In this document: piece by piece, positions 13,093 to 49,991 of the stretch
Position numbering within the stretch: position 1 is the first letter of the stretch
Layout of the letters: each line of letters starts with the position of its first letter
Source: Paraspadella gotoi
Lineage: Eukaryota; Animalia; Chaetognatha
Reading direction: 5' to 3'
Assembly (NCBI GenBank): GCA_051294375.1
Contig: CM119270.1
Location: 13,465,904 to 13,529,903, forward strand
Length of the DNA stretch: 64,000 nucleotides
The notes under the pieces: model-generated
The model's input: the letters and a program-made list of their open reading frames with translations, nothing else
What the model was told of the DNA's origin: nothing
Database searches by the model: none
Made by a program: the position numbers and the translations under genes

Positions 13093-14215
13093 CATTTAAG
13101 GAAAAACTCATGGGTTTCTTGGATGAAATCAAAACGAGATTTATTCTGAGAATAAAAAGGTGACGGTGAGGCACCCGAAGGAGTACAGATCAATTCTACT
13201 GAAACTAAAACCAGCTAGGTCTATTTATAACTGAGGAAGAGGATCGGAGGCAAGAGTTGTTCGGTTGTTCGGTTCTGCAAGCTTATTCAAAGTCGATTCC
13301 ATCTCGACCAATCATGATTCGGCGATTCCATTTCTGCGGCAATCGCCCGATCATTCGATCCGTTTTCGTTTTAGGTGATGTTGATTCTCCTGCGATGATA
13401 TTGTATGTTTAGTATAAACCTTTTTTTCAAATATTATCAAATGCTCCACGCCGCGCCCAAGGTCCATCGTCAAAGTTTCTGTCGTTTGTCATGACTTGGG
13501 AGGTTGGCACTGAGTAGGCAGTGAGGAAGAAGAAGGGACTTGTTAGTTTTTACCCCACCTCTACCTTTTTACTTTTGATAATAAATTTTGTCTCTTTAGT
13601 TTATTTTTAATTGTCCTTAAGTTGGCCTTTGCCTCTTTCTCTCTCTCTCTTTCTTTTTCTCTCTCCCTGTTACCGTTATATTCCGAAATATTTTTTTTTT
13701 CATTCAGCTTTGTAATTCTTAAAAGTTTAATTTAAAATTTATATAAACTTACACTATGAATTCCTTTTAGGTTATTAGATTACAATTTTTTTATTAGCTG
13801 TACTTGTAGTAGTTAATTATTGTGGATTTGGTGCTACTAGTTAAGGTCGAGGAGGAAATTGTGGACAGCGAGTTTGTTACATGATTGTTGCAGTTCTTAT
13901 TGCTGCAGCTGAATTTAGCTAAAAACATATAATTATAGCCCGCCTAACCGTTGTCGATGATAATTATGATGATAGCGTGAACGGAAGTGGTTACTATCGT
14001 TGATGATAGTAATGATGATGAAAAAATAGTTAAGGTTAAAAATATTTTGATCTAGTTATACAAATAAAATGAACAAGTATTTTCATAAGTGATACATAAC
14101 ATAACATGAGATGAAATGAAATGAAGAGATATTACTTACTAAAAGGTTAAAATAATTGTATTATTTCAGTTATGAAACGTTTTAAACAAAAAAATATAAC
14201 TCCCGGACTTAAAAG

Positions 14216-15721
14216 ATGGAAGTGACTATCAGCTCTCTGTTTAATATGGCTTTTTATTCATTTTTTTTGGCTGCCAAGATGCAAAGTATGAACAATGGTT
14301 TGGTTTCATTGACATGGGGACTGGGAAAATTTAAATATAATCTCTCACCAAATCTGGTTATCCGATTGGAAAAGTCTAATATTATATGTTTTGCAACAAA
14401 AGGATTATTTCCAAACAGATCTTGGAATAAAAATGTTACATTACCTGAGTTTCAATTGGTATATGATAAAGATTGTGAAAAGAAATTCTCTATTAATAAT
14501 CCATACGGCCTTATGAAAACTAAATTTTTACAACTAAACCTAGGAAACTATGCCTTTTCAAATGCAGGATTTCGCGTTTCCTTGACTATACTACTAATTG
14601 ATCTTTGTTTCAATTTGTTTCATAGGATAATATATTGCATTTCACGAGATACTTTAGATGTCGCATTATATTCCATTTTTAGTTTAGTCCCATCTATTTA
14701 TGCAATTATAATTTCTTACATTTGTCTCTACTATTCTATACATGAAATCAACATTACTTCTCTGTTGTCTTTTTATCAAGGAAATGGTAATGATTTTTTT
14801 TTATATAAAAAACCAAGAGATTTTGATATTAAAAGCGTACCAGCTTTGGTTGTTAGGAAGCATATCTTAAATTCTAAGTGGAAAGTATACAAATATGGAT
14901 GCTTATTTTCTAACTTTTATTGGATGTTTGGGTTTATTACCTCTTTATTTTATTTTGGAAATTTGTTAACTAGGCTCATCAAAAAAAAAAGTTTTTTTAA
15001 AAATGGCATATTTGTCTTTTTTTTTAACTTTTTACTAATTATAGTTACGATATTTGGTTTTAAAACATGGATAAAGCTTATGAAAAAAAGTGGTTTTGAA
15101 AACTTTAAAAGGGTTTGTGGACCATTAGCCAAGCATCACGATTTTGCTACATTGTCAATGTATGCAAGTATATTTCAAACTAATGTCTTGACATACATAT
15201 ATATTAAAGAAAATTCATATTTTTTTTTAGGATTATTTTTATTGCTATTATGTATAAACTTTAAATATATTCTATTAAAGATAACAATCTATAAAAACAA
15301 TCCTTGTAAAGATATAATATTTTTAATTTTGGGTGTCACAATATTTTTTTTGCTATATCGACAGTTTCTGCCCACAAAAAGTAAAAAAGAAATAGCATCA
15401 TTTGATTCACATGAACTGATGTTTCGTGGTAATTCAGATATTTGTCCTTTGCCATCTCAGGTTGCCAATCCTCTAATCAAAACAGCTTGGTTGTGTGTTT
15501 ATACAAAAAGAGATTCAAAAAAAGATGTAATTATAGCAAATATAGTTTTTATGAAATTTCTCTTGGAATTTTTTGAACTCAACAATTTGACTAAACTCTA
15601 TTTTCAAAATTTTTTATATATTGATGACAGTCTTACACATAACCTAAACTTTCTGTTTTTTCTAATTTTTTTTATACCACTGCTTTTAATCTCACATATT
15701 ATCACTTCAACATTTACTTAA
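14216..15721 (+). CDS. 501-aa uncharacterised multi-pass membrane protein ORF (possibly the large terminal exon of the XK-related gene)
   Basis: 1.5-kb stop-free frame in very AT-rich DNA with roughly 7-9 hydrophobic segments. Acceptor-like tttcag at ~14169. Confidence 0.6.
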   Translation: MEVTISSLFNMAFYSFFLAAKMQSMNNGLVSLTWGLGKFKYNLSPNLVIRLEKSNIICFATKGLFPNRSWNKNVTLPEFQLVYDKDCEKKFSINNPYGLMKTKFLQLNLGNYAFSNAGFRVSLTILLIDLCFNLFHRIIYCISRDTLDVALYSIFSLVPSIYAIIISYICLYYSIHEINITSLLSFYQGNGNDFFLYKKPRDFDIKSVPALVVRKHILNSKWKVYKYGCLFSNFYWMFGFITSLFYFGNLLTRLIKKKSFFKNGIFVFFFNFLLIIVTIFGFKTWIKLMKKSGFENFKRVCGPLAKHHDFATLSMYASIFQTNVLTYIYIKENSYFFLGLFLLLLCINFKYILLKITIYKNNPCKDIIFLILGVTIFFLLYRQFLPTKSKKEIASFDSHELMFRGNSDICPLPSQVANPLIKTAWLCVYTKRDSKKDVIIANIVFMKFLLEFFELNNLTKLYFQNFLYIDDSLTHNLNFLFFLIFFIPLLLISHIITSTFT

Positions 15722-16725
15722 AGGTTGTAAACATTTTTTTATTTGTTCCTTCTGCTGTACATTAGGGTGAAGTGAAAGTTTGGAATCAAAATTTAGCAGT
15801 TATATCTTGAAAACTATAATATTAGTGAATACTAGTCTGTAGTTATTTGTCTTTTATTACAAATATACCATGATGGGAAAAAAATTAACGCGGTTACTTT
15901 CCAGCTTATCTTCGGCTTTTTAATATAAGAATAGAAAAATAAAATTTAAATATCGAGAAACCTTAGCCTCTCATTTGTGTACGACAAAAAAATACTATAG
16001 TTCCATACAAAAGAAAATAAGTTGTCCAAAAAAACGCTTTCTTCTTTTTAATCCTTTTTATATTTACAATTTATTTATATTAATTTGCAGTTCGTTTTTA
16101 TTACTTTTTGAGTTAAACCATTATTATTAAAAATCTTTACCTTTTCTCAGTCTTATGTCAAATGATTATTACATCATCTCCATTGAAATAGATTTTAGGA
16201 TGAATCTTAATTCATATATCAAAAATCGAATGGTATTAAAAATACATTGATGCTGTAAATGCTCTAGAATATTTTTTTTTATATTGTAAAGTATCAAAAA
16301 AAGGTATAAGGCTCCGGGTAACCTTTCTGTAAGCAAGGTTGTCATTTTTATTTACCTTTGGATGTATTATCAGAACCAAGTATCAAACAAGTCAAAAAAA
16401 AGAAGATTTTGTTAAAGTGATAAACAATACATCATCACATTATGCAGTAACCACTGAAACCTGGTTTACTTTATAGGGGATCAATCTTTTTCACTGCTTG
16501 TCAAGGACCATTATTTGCCTTAAATTTAATAAAAAATATTATGTCAGAGACATAATATTAACAATAATGTGAGTAGTCCTCTTGATCAAAAATAGGTAAA
16601 AACAGTTGGAGACAACCTCTTTTGGAAGTATTTGTATTTATTAAATAATTTTATGCTGTTAAATAATAATTTTTTTATTCAGTCCGAGGGAGGTCATATT
16701 ACATATTAAAACCTATTTAGTGGCT

Positions 16726-19030
16726 AAACAAGTTTGAGCAAACAATGTCGGATCTGCCCACGATCATTATCGGTAATTAATTAATTAATTAATTATTACA
16801 AACTATATAAACTAAAACAATAATTTAATTAATAAATTAATTAATTTGATCTAAAATGTTTGTCTTTTCATCACTGACCACGATAAAAGCAACAACAACG
16901 ATAATGGCATCGTGACAATATAACGATTGACTTGATTGATTGATTCATTCATTAAATAATTAATTAATTTATAAATAAATTGATTGATTGAATAATTTAT
17001 AGATAATTAAATAAATTGATTGAATGAAGAATTAATTAATTAATTATTTATTTATTAATTATTTATTAATTAATTGACTAATTGATTAATTAACTGATTA
17101 ATTTTTTTATATTAATACATTTAATATAAAAAGAAAAAGAAGCATAATCAATAAACTCATTTCCACACTCAACGATTCCATCGAAACTTGATTTCTAAAC
17201 TTAAATCACACACTTTCCTACCCACATACAAAATTTCAAGTCAATTGTCTCATCCACTCACGAGTAATTGGCATTCAAATAGTGAAATATATTTTTTGTT
17301 TTTTTCACTTAAACTCATTTCCACTTGTACGATTCCATCGAAACTTTATATCCATCTATCCAATCACAAGTAATTGGAGTTTAATGCGAAGGGGGGACGG
17401 ACAGACGGACGGACGGACACTATTTTTCTTGTGCATAATTTGGTTCCATTAGGATTGTACCCAGTAGGATAGCATTAAACTCCAATTACTTGTGATTGGA
17501 TAGATGGATTGGAATGAAATTTTGTGTGTGGGTAGGAAATGTGTGATTGAGTTGGATATAAAGTTTCGATGGAATCGTACAAGTGGAAAATGAGTTTAAG
17601 TGAAAAAACAAAAAATGGGTTCCATTAGGATTTGTACCCAGTAGGATTGCGCCCAGAAAATTGTGCCCACAGCATTGCGCCCACTTATAATTACACCCGC
17701 AGGATTGTGCCCATGTAGAATTGCGCCCAATTAGGATTGCGCCTCCGTAGTATTCCGCCCACATATTATTCCGCCCAGTAGAATTGCGCCCACTTAGGAT
17801 TGCGCCCACAGAATTGCGCCCAAAGGATTGCGCCCAAAGGATTGGGCCCAGGTATAATTGAACCCGTGTAGGTCTGCGCCCATCGGATTGCGCCCATAGG
17901 ATTGCAGCCCATAGATTGGCCCCATACAATTGGGCCCACATATAATTCGGCCCACATATGATTGGGCCCCACGGTAGGATTGGGCCCACATACAATTAGG
18001 CCCACATATGATTGGTCCCATTGTAGGATTGGGCCCATGTAGGAGTGAGCCCTGATGCGTTGCGCCCGCGTAAAAAAGTTTTTATTTTAATGCTTTTCTT
18101 TTTGCTAACAAAATTACGATATTACTATATAATGATAATCTTTTAAAAAAATAAATCATAGATTATTTTGATGGATTCTGATAGAGCACAAAAAATTAAA
18201 TAAAATATAATTATAACTTTTAAAATTTTCTTGGTTAAAATTAAGAAAAATTTATGGTGCAGGAACTATTTTCTAAATTATCAATTCGATGATTCTGATT
18301 AAATAAAATTATAAAAGGATAATCCCCAAAATTTTAAAATATAAAAAAAAGAGATGAAGAGAAGGAAATATTCATAGTATTCCCATGTAGGTGCAATACT
18401 ACGTGGTTATATGGGCCCAATCCTATGTGGGCTCAAGAATACTATGGGCGCAATCCTACGTGGGCCCATTCCTATGTGGGTGGAATCCTATGTGGGTGGA
18501 AATCCTAGATGGCGGAATCCTACATGGGCCCAATCCTATGTGGGCGGAAATCCTAGGTGGGCGGAATCTACGTGGGCCCAATCCTATGTGGGTTCAATTC
18601 TATGGGCGGCAATACTATGGGCTCAATCTTTGGGCCCAATGCTAAGTGGGTGGAATCCAACAGGGGTGCAATCCTTTGGGCGCAATACTATGGGCGCAAT
18701 TCTACGGGCGCAGTCTTTATGTGGGCAGCAATTTTACGTGGGAGGAATCCTACAGGGCGGAATCCCATGTGGGCGCAATCTTACATGGGCGGAATACTAC
18801 GGGTGCAATTCTATGTGGGCGCAATGCTACGTGGGTGCAATCCTTGGGGCGCAATTTAATGGGGTCCGCCAATAATACGTGGGCCCAATCCTGCGACTAC
18901 CGCATAATTTATCATAATTTGATGTTCTGAGATTATCTAAGTGAATGACCGACAAGATTGGGGGGGTGGACAGATGGACCGACAAAGTGAATTATAGAGT
19001 CGGAATTTGCGATATGCAGATCCGACTAAA
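16726..19030 (-). mobile_element. HINE-like element, family B, copy 2, interrupted by a foldback transposon
   Basis: Reverse complement of 11943-12514 at both ends. Subterminal inverted motif GTCGGATCTGC/GCAGATCCGAC. Flanked by T runs on the element strand. Confidence 0.75.
17442..18901. mobile_element. Foldback/Mutator-like non-autonomous transposon with minisatellite arms and 9-bp TSD
   Basis: TSD GCATAATTT at 17433-17441 and 18902-18910. Left arm of ~16-17-bp units (aggattgcgcccac), right arm of the inverted units (gtgggcgcaatcct), AT-rich spacer at ~18075-18380. A single empty site is visible in the paralogous HINE at ~12046-12054. Confidence 0.85.
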
Positions 19031-21912
19031 AATATATTTGATAATAAAATTAACCGACTTTACCAAACTGACAGTTTTTTTTCCATCATAGTAGTAGCCC
19101 AGTTTGTATATATTATTTTGTATATAGTGCTACCTTTATATAATTTTAAAATTTAAATATTTTTTTTAAATTATGAGAACAGATTCAGATTCTTCGTTAA
19201 AAGTTGTTAAAAGAAAATATAAATATTTTTCAAAAATGATGTCATTAGGTTGGTTAAAATTTTAAAAAACTATATTTTTGAGCTGGAAATTAAAAATCGG
19301 CGTCTTAAATATAGTTTTTTACATTTTTGACCAAATCCGATCTTGAAATTTAAAAATTTAAATTTTGAAATTTTAGCTAATTATATATTTATTACTATAT
19401 ATAAATATACTTCGTGGGTGCCCACTAATGTATAAAATTTAAAAACAAATTTACCAAAGTATTTTTATTGGCTTTCATTTTCATTTTTTATATGCTAAAT
19501 TTTAAATTTATTCAATTTTATTATTTTCACATCACGCAACTGTACATCTTTTAAATTCATGATTGTTTTTAGTTGCGTCAGTTTTTGGCAAAAGGGTCAG
19601 TTAGTCAATATATATGTACCGACTGTACTGTACTGTACTTTTATATACTGTTATGTTAGGATTTTTATTCTAACATCTTGAAAATATTGGTAAATTCTCT
19701 AATTTAAAAGTCTTCAACTGGCCTTTACTAAGTTGGTTCGGTACACGTGATCTTATCGTTATTTTTAATACATGACTTTCTCACTGACGATGAAATGAGC
19801 CAGCAGTTGAACCAATCAAAAACTGTATAGGAGACTTTGCCATATAGAATTGTCTCGTTCACTTTCCTTTAGATAATATATCAAAATATAATACCAACTG
19901 ATTTTAGCTACTAGTATGTTGATAGTAAGCTGATAAAAAACCAAAGTTACGATGTATCCGACGATTATGATAATCACAAATTCACAACTCTTCGAGCCTG
20001 CTTTAGCCCCAACCCAAAAACACTAGACCCAACGGGCCATCACCAGCAGCATCAGCATTTAGCCACTACTACTTGGGACTTGAGAGGGTGCTATTCGCAG
20101 GGGGAACAGGTTGTGCTAGTACATGTTACCACACAATTTCACAGGGAATACGCTGTAAAAATGGCGCCGGAGGCAGCCGGCAGCCCAGTCACCTCACAAC
20201 CCAAATGGCTCGTATTTGCGACTCGCTGATTAAAACAAGAAATCGGACAGGGACGTTTTACCCACCAATGTTGGATTAAGTTTAAAATTAAGTTTTATAC
20301 TAATTAAGCTAAAAGCTAAAATGTCTTAAAATGTGTCAACCATTGCTTTAGAATGTTCATTTATTCATTTACGATGAGCCCGTTGTTCCAAAACTGACCT
20401 TCTTAGGTCTCAGCACGCTGCTTTGTTTCGGGATTGAAGGAAGTTTGCTGTAGACGTAAGTCTCGAGGATTCGATGACGAGTCGAGGCCGACAACGACGA
20501 TGACATCTGGTCGGAATTCCCCGCGGAAAAAAAAAATGAAAGACTTAAAATTAAAACCAAAACCAAAAACTAAATTGAAAAATTTATGATAGTCAAGACG
20601 TCCTTGTCTTTAAAGCCAGATAGTTAGCCTCCTTAGACCCTGTTTGTACATAATCTGTTATTCCCGTTCGTAGCCGGTATTTTCATATAATACTGAAGAG
20701 ATATGTCTCCGTCCCAAGCGGATAAATGTTCCTACGTAGACTACTTTAATTCGATAAAGCCAGTTTATGGAAAATGTTACTTCCATGGCAGGCGATGTTG
20801 TGAAATGACCGTCGATGCCTCATTTTCTTGTTATTTTCAATATTAATTCCGGTTATTAAAACCTCTTTCATCATCCATTACCGAAGAAAAATACAAACTA
20901 TCGGGTAATTTTGGCAAAAGATGCCAACGATTTTCGGAAAAAGTGAATTTTTTGGGAGATTTCCTCAGCCGGGCTAATTTGCTCTCTGAAGGTTTTGAGC
21001 AGATGAGGGGAAGCTGTTGCTTCGAAATTAAGAAATTTTAATATAACGGTATAAAGTAAATTTAAAAAAAAAAACACCACAGTGAATGATTGACCTACCT
21101 TTCCGTCGTTTTTTTCGCTAAACATCGCGTGAAACATAAAATAATTCAATGTCCACTAAGGTCGCCCCATCGTCCACTTCTGAATTCATGATTTATTGAT
21201 TCATTTAATCAAAACTGAATAAAAAGTTGACTGTTTGATAATAACATTGTTAAATGTTAAATCGTTCTGTATTTCCGTAAAGATTGCGCTCGTCAATACA
21301 TTTATTACGGGAAAATGAAGGCGAAGGATAAGCGAGTTTTAAATACAGACGATGAAGTAAATTTCAAAAATTATAACTGTCATCTTGGTAGAATCATAGC
21401 ATTCATTCATTTAATTAGGAAAGAACTTTTTGGCTGGATGTGTCCAAGACGAAGCCTGGTTGCCAAGCACGCCGTCAAGCCGTACACCGGGAAACCAGAT
21501 CTCTTTAAATCTTTTGTTTAATTTTCATGATTTTGTCGCCGGGGCATGTGTGGCGCTGCGGTAGTGTTCTTATGTTTTTCGCTTTTGCCAGTGCAAATGC
21601 GCTCAAGACAGGTGAAATGCGAAATTGAAAACTCGAGAAAAGGATTGTTCATTGTTTCATTCTCATTTAATGCGATAAACTTCCGGTATTTTAGCAATGA
21701 CTTATCTACTTATAAACTAAACTGTTGTACTACAATATGTGTAAAAATAAACACGCTCACGATTTAAAAATACGTAACTACAATCGAGACATTACTGCTT
21801 AAATTTTCCAATGATTGTCCAAAGCTACTTTTTATTAATGTTTTCCCGGTCATACTTCACCGGTATATTGAGACTCTCTCACGCTGCTCTCTCTCTCTCT
21901 CTCTCCTCTCTG

Positions 21913-21957
<45 letters not shown>

Positions 21958-22024
21958 TCTCTTCTCTCTCCTCTGCTTTCCTGCTCTCCGCGCTCTGCAC
22001 AGTCTTCGTCGGATGGCATCCTCA

Positions 22025-22103
22025 TCACGTGACTCGGACGCGCCAATCACGTGACCGTCACGCGTCACGCGTTCGTCCGCTTCTCACGTGACCAATGACG
22101 TGG
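22025..22103. promoter_or_regulatory. Clustered E-box (TCACGTGAC x3), CCAAT and TGACGTGG motifs; candidate NF1 or bidirectional promoter
   Basis: TCACGTGAC at 22025, 22047 and 22084; CCAAT at 22043 and 22092; TGACGTGG at 22096. CpG-rich patch 1.35 kb upstream of the NF1 ATG. Confidence 0.5.
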
Positions 22104-22192
22104 ATTTTTTTATTTCCCGTAAAAAACAAAATCGTCGGCAACGTTAAGTTTTTCGTCGTCGGATTTCTCGATCGCTTTAGGAGACTGGAACC

Positions 22193-22317
<125 letters not shown>

Positions 22318-22636
22318 GTATTCGCTTTCGTTTTTCCCCGCTTTTTTTCTATCTCTCTTTCTTCTCTTTCCATTTCTATTCCTCCGTCTCATTATATATT
22401 AAGTTAAAACATGATATCGACCCACTCTTTTATCCTGTTATGGCCACTCTCCCAATAACAAATAATAATAAATGACAAGAAAAATTATAAAAATATAAAC
22501 AGATTTTCTTCTCTCCATCCGTCGAGGAGAGAACGTGGCTGTAGTATGGCTTCGATGCCGAAGACAGCAAAGCGCCATCGTAAAAAAGGGGAAAAAATAA
22601 ACGTTCACAGAAATGAAAACAAATTTTAAGAGAGAA

Positions 22637-22742
<106 letters not shown>

Positions 22743-22909
22743 GAGAGAGAGAAGAGAGAAGAGAGAGAGAGAGATTAGAGAAGAATGAGTGACACAAATA
22801 CAGAGAGAGAGGATGGGAGGGAGAGAGAGTGATAGAGAGAGTTGAAAAGATCGTCGTGAGTAGCAAAAAAATGGAAGAATGGAAGAAAGAAAGAAAGAAA
22901 GAAAGAAGG

Positions 22910-22950
<41 letters not shown>

Positions 22951-23430
22951 GAGTGAGAGAGAGAGAGTGAGAGAAAGCGAAAGAGGTTGCGAAATGCACG
23001 GATTTTCACTCTACTTTCGGTGGCGAATGACACTTTTTTGCGTCGATGTTTGTTTTTGCGCAATTGCACTGACGACTAAGACGCAAATGAATGGGAATCC
23101 TTATGATTGATTTCATTTTTCTATTTAGTCAGGAATTTTAGCCAAAGCGGACATTAAACAAACTTTCGATTCCGAAATTTCGTTTCCATTGCGATACCTG
23201 TTTAATGCGCCAATAAAGTCGAAAAGGTTAGTAATTAGGAATTTCTGGGGTAAGTTTCTCTTTTTCCCCTTTTAATTCATAGACTTGAATCTTGAAATTC
23301 GAAAACGTCGTTTTTCAGTTTAACGGTGTTCAATTACCAGGTTAATTTTGAATAAAAAAAAATTTATAGACAACTGACTCTGTTTTAAATTAACTTTATC
23401 AATTCGCTTATCTCAAATTGTCTAACTTAG

Positions 23431-48067
<24,637 letters not shown>

Positions 48068-48169
48068 GTAAGTTCTTTCCTTAACTAATCTTTCTCAGAT
48101 ATTCTGGCGATGATTAGAATTATAAGAAAAAAACTGCTTATCATTATTATCATTAATATTATTATCATT

Positions 48170-48367
<198 letters not shown>

Positions 48368-49378
48368 TAGCAACATGTCTCGGAAAAATTAATTATAATT
48401 TGTTTTTAACTTTCTGACTGAACAAGAAAGAAATTTATATTACAAAATCGTAGAAATCCTTACATCCTTTCATTTTTTTCAAAATTTTCTTGTAACTAAC
48501 TTCCAACACGAATGCCTTTTTCATGATTCAATTTTCCACCAACGAAATTTTATTGAAAATCGAAAACAAAAACCGAAAGAAGAAGATAATAATTTTATTT
48601 TTCACAAGTAACAAGATAATTTTTGAGTTGGTGTAACAAATGTATTTTGCCGTCGAATACAATGAGGGGGAGGAGAACAAAGGGAGTTAACTTTTCCATA
48701 CAAAGATCGGTTGCTCCAAACGCGTATGTAATGAAACCTAAGGAATCTTTGGTATCGACATTTTACATTTTACAATTAAGTCTGAGAAATAAGCAACAAC
48801 GAATACGATAACATTTATTGGCCTTTTGTTTATAAAATACTCGACATAATTTCTCTCCAACTTTCCTTCAAATTTTCCCCACTTTTCTCTCTCCGGATGG
48901 GGAAGACATTCATTCCTTGTTTTGTCAGATCAGTTGGAGAATCTCGCTCTCTATCTCGCACTCTGTCTTCCTAACTGTCTTCCTCTCTGTCTTCCATTCC
49001 GTCTCTCTTTGCTGCTTTCTCTTCAATAGTTGTCTTGTTTCTCTCCAGAAAAAAAAAAAAAAAATCCGCCCATGATCCAAAAAAAAGTATTTTATTCGTC
49101 TCTTTCCTGTAAATCTTTTCCTGACAGAAAATGCTGCGTAAACAACAACAACAAAAAAACTCAGGACAATAACAACTTCTTTCTTTATGTTGTTGCAAAA
49201 ACTGCGACTGCAATTGTTGCTGCCGTTGTTGCTCATGCTACAGTTATTGCAGACTCCACCGCAAAAACGACAGGCAAAAAAAATTTATGCGTTTTCCTAG
49301 ACTAAGCCTTTTTTTTATTCTGCCCTCTCTCTCCCTCTCTCTCTCTCTCTTCTCTCTCGATCTCTCTCTGCGCCTCCT

Positions 49379-49410
<32 letters not shown>

Positions 49411-49991
49411 TCTCCCCAGTATCGCGTCGCCAACACTCTCAGCACTGAAGAGAAAGAAAAAAAAACCATTAACGATTTTTTTTTTCGGCTTCTCATGCCA
49501 TTTTCTCCATTTTTCTTTTCATTTCCTCTGTTTCCATTCCATTTTATGTTCATTTTCTTTGTCACGCTTCCATTTTTCATTCCATTTTCTTAGTCTCCAT
49601 TCCATTTTTTCCCTTTTTTTTTATATTCCATTCGATATCGGCAGCTTTTCTTTCCTCTAACGCATTTTTCTCTCTCCCCCCCCTTTTTTTTTCGAAATGA
49701 CATTTTTTTAATCGATAAATTTTCTCCTCCTCTTCCTCTTTCTTTCCCCCTTCCGGCGGTTAAATGGCGTGATTTTCTTTCTTGGAATTTTTTTTCCCTC
49801 TGTTGGCGTAGAAATTGACGCTGAAATCCGTTGGCGTTGAGATTCCGTTGGCGCTGAATTTTTTTTTCCCCCGCGGAATTCTTGAGAGTGAAAACCTTTT
49901 TCTTTTCTTTTTTGAAATTCTCTCACGTTTTGAATTTTTTTTTTTAAGACCAAAAGTTTCGAACGCTGATCAAAATTGACGACGTTAGTTT

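Noticed and set aside
17486-18930. Repetitive WAQ/GPI/GRN ORFs and a CRISPR-like look of the repeat arrays
   Set aside because: Translations of degenerate tandem units in transposon arms; no unique spacers, no cas genes, eukaryotic context.
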